This document shows positions 12,217-25,365 of a DNA stretch of 64,000 nt, in pieces. The number at the start of each line of letters is the position of its first letter. Within the stretch, counting starts at the first letter, position 1. The notes beneath the pieces are model-generated. The model was not told where the DNA came from, did no database searches, and was given only the letters and a program-made list of their open reading frames with translations. The stretch covers positions 28,148,001-28,212,000 of the forward strand of contig OX597834.1 in the NCBI GenBank assembly GCA_951406725.2. The letters are read 5' to 3'. A program made the position numbers and the translations under genes. The DNA is from Octopus vulgaris (taxonomy: Eukaryota).

Positions 12217-14038
12217 CAAGTGAACACTGAAAATGCAAATGAAGCAACAAAATATTAATAACAGTAATACACGTGGGTTGTTGGCAAAAATAGCCTGTGA
12301 CAGGAAGACAGATCGGTGGACAAGGAGGAGACAACAAAATAGCAAAGGAAATGTGGTTTCATTTTTAACAATTAAAACCATTTCAAGTCAGCAATGGGGG
12401 TGAAGTGGCTTTTAATATTTTACAGCAAATTTTTTAATTAGGTTTAATGAAAGAATAAATATTTTAAAGCATTTGATTATGAACAATCACTCAGCATGTG
12501 TGTGTGTGTGTGCATAGCTAAGTGCATGTGTGTGTGTATAGGGTGTGTGTATTCTTTTACTGGATTCAGCCATTGAGCTTGTGACCAAGCTGGGGCACCG
12601 TGTGAGTGTGTATGTTAATCTTGGTTTACAGTCAGATCTCAAGCTAACTGGAAGAATGTTAGCATATCAACTCCACTAACAGGAAACCCAAGGTATTGTT
12701 ATGAGAATCTGACTTCACACAGATATATATATATATATAGCTATGAGAATGTTTGTGTGTGTGTGAGTGTATTTACTTTTATTGAGCCATTGGACTTGTG
12801 GTTATGCTTGGGCATCATGTGTGTGTGTGTGTGTTTATCTTGGCTTACGACTACTATTCAACTAAGAATGTCAGCAAACCAACTCTACTAACAGGAAACC
12901 TAAGGTACCATTGATGAAGGAAAATACACACACACACATAAAGCTATGAGCATGTGTGAGTATATTTACTTTATTTTGAGCCAATGGACTTGTGGTTATA
13001 TTGGAGCACCTTGTGTATGTGTCCATATATGTGTGTGTAAGATGTGTGTGTGTAAGTTAAAGATGAAGAAACAGTTGTTTATTTATTTAAGAAAACAAAA
13101 AACAAAAAAGGAAAAAAATCCAGATAATAAACCTGTTTTCTAATCATTTATTCACTAAAAAACAAGTCTTCTTGTTTTGTTGTGTTTTTTGCCTTTTTGC
13201 ATTGGATTTTTTTTTTTTTTGCTTAATTTTTTTTTTTTTTTTTTTGTTTGATCTGTGAACTAAGGCCAAAAGTAAGTTACATAGAAGCAATTACATGGAA
13301 CAAGATATTCTTTTCAAGAAATTAATAAAAAAAAAAAAAACTTTTGAAAAGAAAAAAAAAAACAAAGAGAAAAAGTACAGAAAAACCAGATTTTTCGAAA
13401 AGTTTCTGTTAACAGGTCACATTAGTGCAAAAAAAAAGTAAAGAAAAAAAGAAAAGAAATAATGAAAGACTGACACTGTTTTCTATAATTTTTTTTAAAA
13501 AAAGACTAAAAACCATAAATAAATAAAAGACCAAATAATTAGTCATGCATGTGTGTGTGTTATTTATAATTAAGCAAAGATGACTTTTAAGAAATGTAAA
13601 TATATTCAAAGAGCAAAAGAAAATGTGTTAAAAAAAAATCTTTCAAATGAGGCAAAAAATGTAACTTGTGTGTGGTTGTTAGAATCTGCAAGAAACAGCA
13701 GCCAAATCTTCTTTCATCCATACCTTGCTCAGAAAATGTAGCCCTAGACACTCTCAGTTAACCGTTGGCACAGAAATGGTGGATGAGTTGTTAAAGTGCT
13801 GGGTAAGAATATCTTTTGGCATTTGTACTGGCCCTCTACACATTCTTTTCCAAACTTCACACAACTTCTACGTTTAGGGCCTGTGATTCCCTGCCATGCA
13901 CTAACAGTACTAGGTTCATGGACAAGATCAGAAACATCAAGACCAAGTGCCACCCTCAAGGAAATCCCCTTTCGGAGATATTGTTTACAGTAGAGGGTCT
14001 CAACCAGGGTCCCTATAGGATTTTGTTAAAATTTATGA

Positions 14039-14432
14039 GCGTGGCTGTGTGGTAAGTAGCTTGCTAACCAACCACATGGTTCCGGGTTCATTCCCACTGC
14101 GTGGCATCTTGGGCAAGTGTCTTCTGCTATAGCCCCGGGCCGACCAAAGCATTGTGAGTGGATTTGGTAGACGGAAACTGAAAGAAGCCTGTCGTATATA
14201 TGTATATATATATATATGTATGTGTGTGTTTGTGTTTGTCCCCCTAGCATTGCTTGACAACCGATGCTGGTGTGTTTACGTCCCCGTCACTTAGCGGTTC
14301 GGCAAAAAGAGACCGATAGAATAAGTACTGGGCTTACAAAGAATAAGTCCCGGGGTCGATTTGCTCGACTAAAGGCGGTGCTCCAGCATGGCCGCAGTCA
14401 AATGACTGAAACAAGTAAAAGAGTAAAAGAGA
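14039..14432 (+). mobile_element. SINE-A (tRNA-derived, about 400 bp, internal TA/TG microsatellite)
   Basis: A box TGGCTGTGTGG, B box GGTTCATTCCC, CTTGGGCAAGT core-like motif and a (GTAAAAGA)n tail. Confidence 0.9.
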
Positions 14433-15052
14433 GTAATTGCTTACACTTCCACAATGCACAAAATATTTTAACAATTTTTTTTAAAGCAACTCCTCATAAT
14501 ATTTAGTAATAAAAAATATAATAGGAGTTTTTAAACATTGAATGGTTATGAGAGGCCACCAGAGTAAAATAAAAATCACAAGGGTCCAAAATCGTTTAGC
14601 CCCTCTGGTTTACAACAACAAAGAGCATGTGGAACAGAGCTTCATCAGTTAAAGTGGAGAAGGGCTTTTGTACACTTTCCATCGACCAGATTCACTCACA
14701 AGGTACTGGTCTGCCTGAAGCCCTCACAGAAGACACTTCTCCAAAGTGTTGGACAGTGGGACAAAAACTGCAGCCATGTAGTTCTGAAGTAAACTTCTTA
14801 AACCACACAGCCATACCTCCCCACATGATTTCCCCCATAGCCATAACTGTGCCGCCTATATATATTTCTTATATTTTTTTCAGTTTATAGAGATATCTGC
14901 TATTGTTTATTAATTATAACTATTATTAATGTTTTTTTTTATGTACACACACACCTTAAATACACAACTGAGATTAAAATGTGGACAGAAAAAAATGGAT
15001 TCAGTTGGTGTGACTTGTAAATGTAGAACTTCTCTACACACAGAATATACTT

Positions 15053-15093
<41 letters not shown>

Positions 15094-15200
15094 ACACACA
15101 TATTGCAGATATGTGTGCATATACATATATACACATACATATTGTGTGTATATGTGTGTATGTATGCGCATAAACTTTGCCTTTATATATATATATATAC

Positions 15201-15419
15201 TCTTACTCTTTACTCTTTTACTTGTTTCAGTCATTTGACTGCGGCCATGCTGGAGCACCACCTTTAGTCGAGCAAATCGACCCCGGGACTTATTCTTTGT
15301 AAGCCCAGTACTTATTCTATCGGTCTCTTTTGTCGAACCGCTAAGTGACGGGGACGTAAACACACCAGCATCGGTTGTCAAGCAATGCTAGGGGAACAAA
15401 CACACACACACAAACACAT

Positions 15420-15456
<37 letters not shown>

Positions 15457-15619
15457 CATATATACGACAGGCTTCTTTTCAGTTTCCGTCTACCAAATCC
15501 ACTCACAAGGCATTGGTCGGCCCGGGGCTATAGCAGAAGACACTTGCCCAAGATGCCACGCAGTGGGACTGAACCCGGAACCATGTGGTTGGTTAGCAAA
15601 CTACTTACCACACAGCCAC
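15201..15619 (-). mobile_element. SINE-A
   Basis: Near-identical reverse complement of 14039-14432. Confidence 0.9.
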
Positions 15620-16489
15620 ATATTGTATGCATATGTCTGTGCAAATATATATCTACACACACACACACATATGCAAAGCATATTTTCATAGAACTACGGA
15701 TAAACACTCAACACTGACAGACTGCTGCTGCTGCTGCTCAGCTCATTCCACCACAGCAGCAGCGGCAGCGGCAGCAGACAAAAGGATGCAGTCACGCTGT
15801 TTGGATTGAAGAAATCCATCAGATTCCATCAGCAGAAAATAGCTTAGACATTGCATGGTGATGGCACTACCGTTCAGCATCAGAAAACAGGCAGGTGATG
15901 TCTCTCAGAATTTCCTCTGGCATCAGATATCTCGCACATGTAGTGAGACTTGATTTACGCAAAAGATAAAAATGGAAAACTGACAACTATGTTGTTCATT
16001 AGGCTTCAAACACAACGTCTGGATGCGATCACAATAATCATTGCTAGTCTAACAGATATTCTTCCAGGCTGGTTTATGTGGTTTGGAATAGTCTGTAGAA
16101 TCTGGACAAATGGCAGAGAATCTTACAATGTCATCCATGAGATTGCCTTATTCTCAGATCCAGTCTTGCCACTTCTTACGTCCCCAGCTTTCAGCAGTGG
16201 CAGGCATGGTTGGTTATTCATGGCCCACAGTCAGTCCTCTGGCCGACTGCATGTATGAGGTACATTCAAAAAGTATCTGATTTAATTTTCTCCCTCCAAA
16301 ACTAATGTCACATGGGCAAAATCCTTTGGGTCAAAGGTGATGCCACCCTTCCTGCACAAGTATGAAAATTTTTGTGCCAGTCCACCACGTAAGTGCTCAG
16401 CTGTTATGCTTAGTGTACAGATGTGTAGTGCACACTCTATATATAACTAACAGTTAGGTAGAAACAGATACACAACACAAAAGAAATTG

Positions 16490-16712
16490 CCTAACTACAA
16501 GACGCCATGATGTATCGTTAGCTCCTACATGCATTTTTTTTCTCTCCTTATTTCTGTCCTTGTTTTTTTCTGTGTATCTTTCTGTCGAAGAGCGTAGGCT
16601 CGAAACGTAAAAGACTTTTACTATTTCTTTTCCTGAGTGCTATACTAATACATTTGTTTGTTTGTACTCCACCTGCCTTAGTCTTTTGTTTATTTTCGTA
16701 AACTTTCCCGTT
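16490..16712 (+). mobile_element. Penelope-like element pseudo-LTR remnant containing a minimal hammerhead-like motif
   Basis: tcttt-CTGTCGA-A-GAGC-GTAG-GCTC-GAAACGTA-aaaga at 16577-16614 has the layout of PLE-type minimal hammerheads. T-rich context followed by (TA)n. Confidence 0.55.
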
Positions 16713-16833
16713 ATATATATATATATATAGGAATTTAAAATGAGGGTGAGAAATTGGATATTAATCTAATTAATATCAATTTAACACCAGTGGTCTAGCA
16801 TATTAAAATCTGAAAGTTCAGTAAATTGTATTA

Positions 16834-17042
16834 TATACATATGAGAGGGATGACCACTGTGGACAACCCTTATGCTAGAAGTAGATCTACTTTGGTCTTA
16901 CCATTAAGAAATGTTCTCAAGAAAAATTTAGAGGTGTTTGCTAAATTTTTTCTTGAGAACATTTCTTAGTGGTGAGACCAAAGTGGATCTACTTCTAGCA
17001 TAAGGGTTTTCCACATAGTGGTCATACCTCTCATATGTGTAT
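16834..17042. repeat. Near-perfect inverted repeat, arms of about 98 bp, 9-nt loop
   Basis: CATATGAGAGGG...GAAAAATTTAG-aggtgtttg-CTAAATTTTTTC...CCTCTCATATG. Confidence 0.9.
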
Positions 17043-19514
17043 GTATATATATGTAACATACACACAGACATAGTCAGTCAAAAAGGCATTAAGTCTAACT
17101 GCATATTGTGATGTGTGCATGTAGTCTGATGGCTTCAGGTATTGCACCAACTTCATTTTAGACTTCATGACTTTTGACCCACCCTCTGTGGTGTGTGGTG
17201 TGTGTGTGTGTGTGTGCCAATGTCCTGTCATACCTATGTCCAACTGGCTGCAGTATGAGCAAAAGAGTACCACATGCACATACACACACACTGATATGCA
17301 CGCATGCAAATAACTAAATTTGTTGCAAACAAATTCTTTTTTTTAAATCAATAAAATGCATAAACAAAAAACAAATAAACAAAATATTAAACACGAGTCT
17401 ATATCCATGCTGGCATTGAAATAAAAATAAAATAAAATAAAATAAAATCTGAATAAAATTAGAAAGAAAACAAAAATAAATCAGTAAAGAAGGAAACAAA
17501 GAAAGAAAATTAATTAACCGATTAATTGATCAATTAATTAATTAAATTATAAGAGTGCAAGTTTCAGAACCTTATTTTGTCTTTTGGTGCGACGAACATA
17601 TCACAGCTGTTAGTTGAAGAATCAGAAATGCTATTTAAGCCACACCTAAAATTTACCAAATCCAAAATATCATAGTAAGCCTGTACACATAAACACACAC
17701 ATCACACACCACACACAATCATCATCATTATTACCATTTTTTTGAAGTCCATCATCTATGCTGGCATAGATTGGATGGTTCAACAGGATTTGATGGATCT
17801 AAAGACAGTGTCTGTTTTGGCATGGTTTCTACAGCTGGATGTCCTTCCTTATGTCAAATCACTTTACACACTGTTCTGAGTGCATTTTATATGGCACCAG
17901 CACTAGTGGGGTGGCCATGCAGCTTGCTTACAAAACTAAGATCTTCTCTGACTGAGTTGGACTACAGTAGCAAAGGAGGCAGCTTTGTGCTGGTTGTTGA
18001 GAGGATAAACTATGAAGGAAGGAGCAAGAACAGGTTATCTTGCATTACATACGACTCAGTGGGAGTATTTGGGATGGAGCTGGAGAGAGCAAGCAATAAA
18101 GAGGATGGTGATGAGATACCAACGTAGGGCCTCAGAGATGGACGCAGGCACGTGCACACACACACACACAGGGTAAGAGAATTCTTGGAAGTTTAGAGCA
18201 ACAATGATAGAGAAATGTGTGAGAAGGTGAAGGTATTGTTCATGTGCTTTCCTGACTTTATTTACAGGTATAAAGCATCTGAATTTGATCAACCTTTCCG
18301 CATTCAGATTACTCTGTCGAATGCAATGCTCATTTATTCACATTGTTTTGAATTAACCATACATTATCTCCTAGCTTTCAGATTTCAATGATTTGACAGT
18401 TTATTTTTAAAGTGACATTGTAGGATAAGTGTGATAGGCCAGATCTGGCCACTTTGAACATAAAACAGGTAGAATACTTTGGCAGATATGGCTTGAATGC
18501 CAAAGAGTTAAGAAAATCCAGACATTTTATATCTGTATATAGAGAAAACATACCTACATTTTCTAACTTATTTCTCTTTCATAGCTAAAATATTTTATTT
18601 TGGTCAAGCCAGTTGACCAAAATTCTTCCTTTAAAGAGCTAAGTTGAGGGAATAGTCAATGCATTGGACAACATGCATAGAAGCAGATCTCTGGTTATTT
18701 ATGTTTTGATTTCAAATGCTGTCAAGGCTGACTTTGCTGTTCATCCTCTTGGGACAGATAAAATAAAGTACCAATTGAGTATTGAGGTCCATGTCATCAA
18801 CTTCCCCACATCACCAAACTTTCATCATAGATGCCTAGCACCAGAGGACAACAGATGTTTGAGACAACAAAATAATTGATTAAAGTGACTTCCAACACTT
18901 GCCTGGTGTTTGTATTTTATTTGTTTATGCTTAAAAGGAGGAATGGTTAAGGTCTGCCCTAAGGTAAGATCTGAACTTAGAAATGTAAAGGAAAATGGTA
19001 TATGAGTGTCACAAAGAATATTGCCAGACACTAAAAAAAAATGTTTTAAAGTAAGGATCAGCATTAGAAATGCCATCCAACCATAGAGTACTTGCCTTGA
19101 CAAGTCTCCTCCAATCCATGCAAGGATGGACAAAGTGGACGTAAAAATAATGATGATGACACACAACAACACTCATGGAAATTTTGTATGAATGTTGCAG
19201 CGTTGTCACAAAAATATGACTCAACCGGATCCACAACACATACACAAATATTATGTGAAAATTCAAAATGGAACATGGAAATAAATAAGAGGAAAAGAGC
19301 AGAAGACAAAAAACATGGAAATCCTCTCATCAGCCATGGAGACCAGAATACAAGTGCAGTTTTAGGACATTTTAGGCTTGTAAACTTAAGTTCCATCCCA
19401 CTGATATGGGAGATTTCACTGAAGTGATGGACAAACAAGAACAAAACAAGAGGGAGAGACAACAAAATACTAGTCGGATGGGAAATTACAGATAGAAACA
19501 TAACAGTTACAGAA

Positions 19515-20200
<686 letters not shown>

Positions 20201-20288
20201 CATATATTCATACACACACACATACATGTATATATCTATGCATTAGTCACGAGATTCATGTGTAAAGTGCATACGTCATCTGACTTAC

Positions 20289-20443
20289 TTTGGTGTTACC
20301 GTTTTGCTCCACAGCAGGCACTGGATAAGAATTTTTGGGAGCACTGTTTTTTGGACCAAAACAGCAGAAGAATTTATTCAATAGGCCACTCCGTCGTGGT
20401 TTTTTCAAGGAACCTGTTGTTGTTGTCGTTGGCGTCGTCGAGT
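20289..20443 (-). CDS. CTDSPL: Internal coding exon of a CTD small phosphatase (SCP/CTDSP family), equivalent to vertebrate exon 2
   Basis: Translates as (D)STTPTTTTTGSLKKPRRSGLLNKFFCCFGPKNSAPKNSYPVPAVEQNGNTK, which resembles the SCP N-terminal pattern KPRxxG(I/L)xxxLFCC...EENG..K. Acceptor is a long poly-T followed by gtgtctctag (AG at 20445-20444). Donor is AAA|GTAAGTC (GT at 20288-20287). Length 155 nt, phase 1 to phase 0. Paralog name is approximate. Confidence 0.85.
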
Positions 20444-21025
20444 CTAGAGACACAAAAAAAAAAAAAAAAATGAAAGAAATTAGTTATAATGAATGATTAA
20501 AATTTATAAAAAAAAGAAAAAAATTTTTAAAACAAAAAGAAGAAACAAAATAAATTTCACAAACGCCAAATAGAAAGAATATGACTTTGGTTTCAAAAAT
20601 AGGTGCAAGTACTTTCTTTTTTCGCTTCTTGGTTAAGACTGAAACCTGTTTAATCGACCACACCACTCAATGAGGACTTTATTTTATCAAGCACCAAAAC
20701 AATGAAATTCAAACTTGGCTTCAGGAGGATTTGAACTCAGAAAGTCAAGTACGATAATCAAATACTGTAAGGCCTTTTGTCTGACAATCTCTCACAAAAC
20801 TGCTAATCTTCCACCAGACCAAAATATGTCTGATATTTATATCAGACAATATTGACCAATGTTCCGTCTTTTCTAATGTTATATGAAGTGATTGAGAAGG
20901 CACTGAGAGGCTATTTCTCACAGATCAGGCAACTAGATGCAAGGAGCTTTTCAGCACCTCTTTCAGCACCTCCTTTACAGGATATCAGATTGAGATTACC
21001 AACCACAACCTTCCCAAATAAATAA

Positions 21026-21056
<31 letters not shown>

Positions 21057-21227
21057 GGCGCAGGAGTGGCTGTGTGGTAAGTAGCTTGCTAACCAACCAC
21101 ATGGTTCCGGGTTCAATCCAACTGCTTGGCACCTTGGGCAAGTGTCTTCTACTGTAGCCTCGGGCCGACCAATGCCTTGTGAGTGGATTTGGTAGACGGA
21201 AACTGAAAGAAGCCCGTTGTATATATG

Positions 21228-21279
<52 letters not shown>

Positions 21280-21342
21280 TGTGTGTGTTTGTGTGTCTGT
21301 GTTTGTCCCCCTAGCATTGCTTGACAACCTTTGCTGGTGTGT
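21057..21342 (+). mobile_element. SINE-A, 3'-truncated
   Basis: GGCGCAGGAGTGGCTGTGTGG head, ending at GCTGGTGTGT. Confidence 0.88.
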
Positions 21343-21649
21343 CAATTGAACACAGGTTCAATTGACACCTCCACTTCCTGCTTATTCATCATCATCATCA
21401 TTGAATGTCTATCTTCCTGGTTATCATCAATTAGATTCCATCTTCCATACTGGCATCAGAAATGGCATGTCTGATGAGCTGGAGGGCTGCATTGAACTCC
21501 AGTGTTCTGATGTCTACCTTGGCATGGTTTCTGTGGTTAGAATGCCCACCCACATGGGCATTCTAACCAACCACACATGGTTCTGGGTTCAGTCCCACTG
21601 CATGGCACCTTGGGCAAGCGTCTTCTACTATATTTTTATTTTTTTTTTA

Positions 21650-21952
21650 TCGCCCTTTTCAAGCCTAGCCAGGCTCATGGGCTTGGTTTCCCGGTTTCTG
21701 TGATGCACGTGTTCCCCACCAGCTGGACGGGATGCCAGTCCATCGCAGCGTTACTCAAGAAACAGGAAGAAAGAGTGAGAGACAGTTGTGGCGAAAGAGT
21801 ACAACAGGAGTCACCACCACTCCCTGCTGGAGCCTCGTGGAGCTTTAGGCGTTTTTGCTCAATAAACACACACAATACCCGGTCTGGGAATCGAAACAGT
21901 GATCCTCCGACCGCGAGTCCGTTGCCCTAACCACTGGGCCATTGTGCCTCCA
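21650..21952 (-). mobile_element. SINE-C (tRNA-Arg-like head, V-domain-like 3' part), nested in an old SINE-A
   Basis: Head GGAGGCACAATGGCCCAGTGGTTAGGGCAACGGACTCGCGG and motif GCGATGGACTGGCATCCCGTCCAG. TSD-like TCTTCTAC(T/G)ATA on both sides. Confidence 0.8.
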
Positions 21953-22751
21953 CATCTTCTACGATAGCATTGAGCCAACTGAAGCCTTGAGAGAGGAAAC
22001 TGAAACTGGAAACAAAGAAGTGTGTGTATATATGTATGTGTGAGTGTGTGTCTTAGTGTCTGTGTTTGTCCCCTGCTTATTGCTTGACAACTGGTGTTGG
22101 TGTGTTTACATCCCTGAAACTTAGCGGTTCAGCAAAAACAAAAATCGTAAGTCAAGTACCAGGCTTAAAGAACAAAAATAAAAAACAAGTACTCGGACCA
22201 GTTCATTCAACTAAAACATTTTTAAGGTGGTGGTAACCCTAGCGTGGATGCAGTGAAAGAAGTAGAAGCTAAAAGATAAGGTAGAATTTGAACTGAGAAC
22301 ATAGAGCTTCTAGAGTTGCTTGTTGTGAGCCACTCAGTGACATGCTGTACCAAATAGTTCCTACCACTGACGTTAAAAGTAGTTGAAGTGATACAGTCTG
22401 CAAGAGTAGTTTTAACTATGTCCTACTTTAAACGTTATGAGTTACCATCATTAATCTTGGTGGTGGTGGTGGTAGTGTTGTTGTCGTTGTTTCTGCTGTA
22501 TTTACTTGGTTATGCAACTAATAAACCAAAACAAAATAAATAGATAAAGTACTTAGAATAATTGGTACCTACTTAAAATGGAACCAATCAAACAGAACAC
22601 AGCAAAAATACCAAAAAAAAAAAACCCACCTAAATTAAAAGCTCACTTCCCCCCCCCACACACACACACACCTCAAGCACAACCTTCACCACCACTGCCA
22701 CAGCCAATGTGAAAATTTGCCAATGCAGGAAATTATTAATTTGTTGGGTGT

Positions 22752-22763
22752 CTATTATTATTC

Positions 22764-22801
<38 letters not shown>

Positions 22802-22928
22802 CACTACTATCATCATCACCATCATATTATTATTATCATTGTTATTATTATTATTATTATTATAATTATTATCACTACTACTATCATCATCATCATCATA
22901 TTATCATTATTATTATTATTATTATTAT
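22752..22928. repeat. (ATT)/(ATC) trinucleotide repeat
   Basis: Directly visible. Confidence 0.9.
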
Positions 22929-23274
22929 GTAGTTTAACCTACCTTCTCTTGTCATATCGTATTTGTTTACTTACACTAAAACAAAAAAGATAAAAACTTC
23001 CACTGCAGGACTGCTTAATTTTCTGCTTTTTGTTTGTTCATTAAAAGTTACGTCTTGTAGATATAGTAGAGTGACATAGATATAATTTATATCTAGTATG
23101 TGAGCATATGTATGTGTATGTGTGTATGTGTATATATATATATATGATGATGAGGGTAAATGTTTTTATTTCTCCTTTGGTTTCAGAATTACAACTATTT
23201 AGCGGTTTGAGTTTGGCTGCTCTTTCTAGTGGGTCGAATGGCCTATCAGGGCCATTCCTTAATATTGTTGAAAG

Positions 23275-23300
<26 letters not shown>

Positions 23301-23305
<5 letters not shown>

Positions 23306-23603
23306 CGTAAAAAGCACCATCTGAATCATGGCCGATGCCAGTGCCACCTTGACTGGCTTCCATGCAGGTGGCACTTAAAATGCACTAATCCGACCGTGGA
23401 CGATGCCAGCCTCGCCTGGCACCAGTGCAGGTAGCACGTAAAAAGCACCCACTACACAGTGGTTGGCGTTAGGAAGGGCATCCAGCTGTAGAAACATTGC
23501 CAGATAAGACCGGAGCCTGGTGCAGCCTTCTGGCTTCCCAGATCCCCGGTCGAACCGTCCAACCCATGCTAGCATGGAGAACGGACGTTAAACGATGATG
23601 ATG

Positions 23604-23605
<2 letters not shown>
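23301..23605 (+). mobile_element. RTE LINE 3'-UTR fragment
   Basis: Same family as 57601-57981, located between (TA)n and (CA)n. Confidence 0.8.
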
Positions 23606-23656
<51 letters not shown>

Positions 23657-23659
<3 letters not shown>

Positions 23660-23878
23660 AGAGGTGCTGAAAGGCTCCTGGCTTTGGGTAAAAGAAAATA
23701 CAGGAGAATCAGTTAATTATGATTTTAATGAATACATTTATTCTCCTCTCAGATTCACACAATTATTGCAGCAGTCCTTAAGTTTCTCTAAGCCCTGTAA
23801 AAGAACTTGGGAGGTTGAGCCTCCAGCCAGGCCTTTCGCAATACCCTAAAGCCAAGGAATTTTCAGCATGCAGTCTTG
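23657..23878. mobile_element. Mariner-like MITE
   Basis: Imperfect TIRs TGCTGAAAGGCTCCTGGCTTTGGGTA and TACCCTAAAGCCAAGGAATTTTCAGCA. Partial inverted copy at about 4546-4650. Confidence 0.6.
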
Positions 23879-24593
23879 AATGTCTCTATGTTTTTTTATT
23901 CATACATACATACATACATACAGACAGACAGACAGAAAGGATGAGAAAGAAAGAAAGAAAGAAAAAGAAAGAAAGAGAGGGAGGGAGGGAGGGGGAAAGA
24001 AAGAAAGAAAAGGGGGAAGGGAAATAAAGAGAGAAAGAAAAGGAGGGAGGGAGGGAAAAAGAAAGAAAGATAAGGAGAGAAAGAAAGGAAGAATCGCTCC
24101 CCGTGTGAGTGAGATAAAATCCAGTCTCTTAAAAAAAAAAAAAAAAACTTTCAGAAACGAAAACATTAAACAAAAACGATGAGAGTTATCTCCCTTGACA
24201 GCTCCACGCACAAGATTCAATGAAAAAGAATGGTACGATAATCGAGGCACGTGTGTGAGTGTAGAAGACTTTTGTCCTTATACAGGATATCAGATTGAGA
24301 TTACAGGACTTTCATGTAACACCCCATGAGCATCCAGTGATTCACATTTTTTTTTAAATGAGTAAATAAATACGTTTGCAGCTGGGAACACAGACTGAAT
24401 GCCAATGGTTAAAGTGCTAAGTTATGGGCTCTCTCTCTCTCAAGATTAAAATAGGGTTTTCAGACGACAAAAGGGTCTGAGGACACCTTTATCTCATCTC
24501 TTCCACCACCACCCACCAGTCGTCAAGGCCCTATAAAATGTCATGGGCACCACCTTTTCTTCTGATCTCAAACACACGCACAAAATAGTATGT

Positions 24594-25365
24594 GTTTCTT
24601 TATTACCCACAAGGGGCTAAACACAGAGGACAAACAAGGACAGACAAACGGATTAAGTCGATTATGTCGACCCCAGTGCGTAACTGGTACTTATTTAATC
24701 GACCCCGAAAGGATGAAAGGCAAAGTCGACCTCGGTGGAATTTGAACTCAGAACGTAGCGGCAGGCGAAATACCTGTTTCTTTACTACCCACAAGGGGCT
24801 AAACACAGAGAGGACAGACAAACGGATTAAGTCGATTATGTCGACCCCAGTGCGTAACTGGTACTTATTTAATCGACTCCGAAAAGATGAAAGGCAAAGT
24901 CGACCTCGGTGGAATTTGAACTCAGAACGTAGCGGCAGACGAAATACCTATTTCTTTATTACCCACAAGGGACTAAACATAGAGGGGACAAACAAGGACA
25001 GACATAGGTATTAAGTCGATTATATCGACCCCAGTGAGTAACTGGTACTTAATTTATCGACCCCGAAAGGATGAAAGGCAAAGTCGACCTCGGCGGAATT
25101 TGAACTCAGAACGTAACGGTAGACGAAATACCTATTTCTTTACTACCCACAAGGGGCTAAACACAGAGGGGACAAACAAGGACAGACAAACGGATTAAGT
25201 CGATTACATCGACCCCAGTGCGTAACTGGTACTTAATTTATCGACCCCGAAAGGATGAAAGGCAAAGTCGATCTCGGCGGAATTTGAACTCAGAACGTAA
25301 CGGTAGACGAAATACAGCTATGCATTTCACCCGGCGTGCTAACGTCTCTGCCAGCTCGCCGCCTT
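24594..25365 (-). mobile_element. SINE-B: head plus 4 tandem units
   Basis: Reverse-complement array with a 17-bp TSD CGCACAAAATAGTATGT at 24577-24593 and 25366-25382. Confidence 0.9.

Noticed and set aside
14039-14110. tRNA genes at SINE heads (families A-D)
   Set aside because: A/B boxes are present but no complete cloverleaf was seen, and each is fused to a SINE body.
20413-20416. Alternative in-frame acceptor 30 nt inside the CTDSP exon
   Set aside because: The CAG is preceded by (CAA)n rather than a pyrimidine tract, so it is much weaker than the site at 20444.
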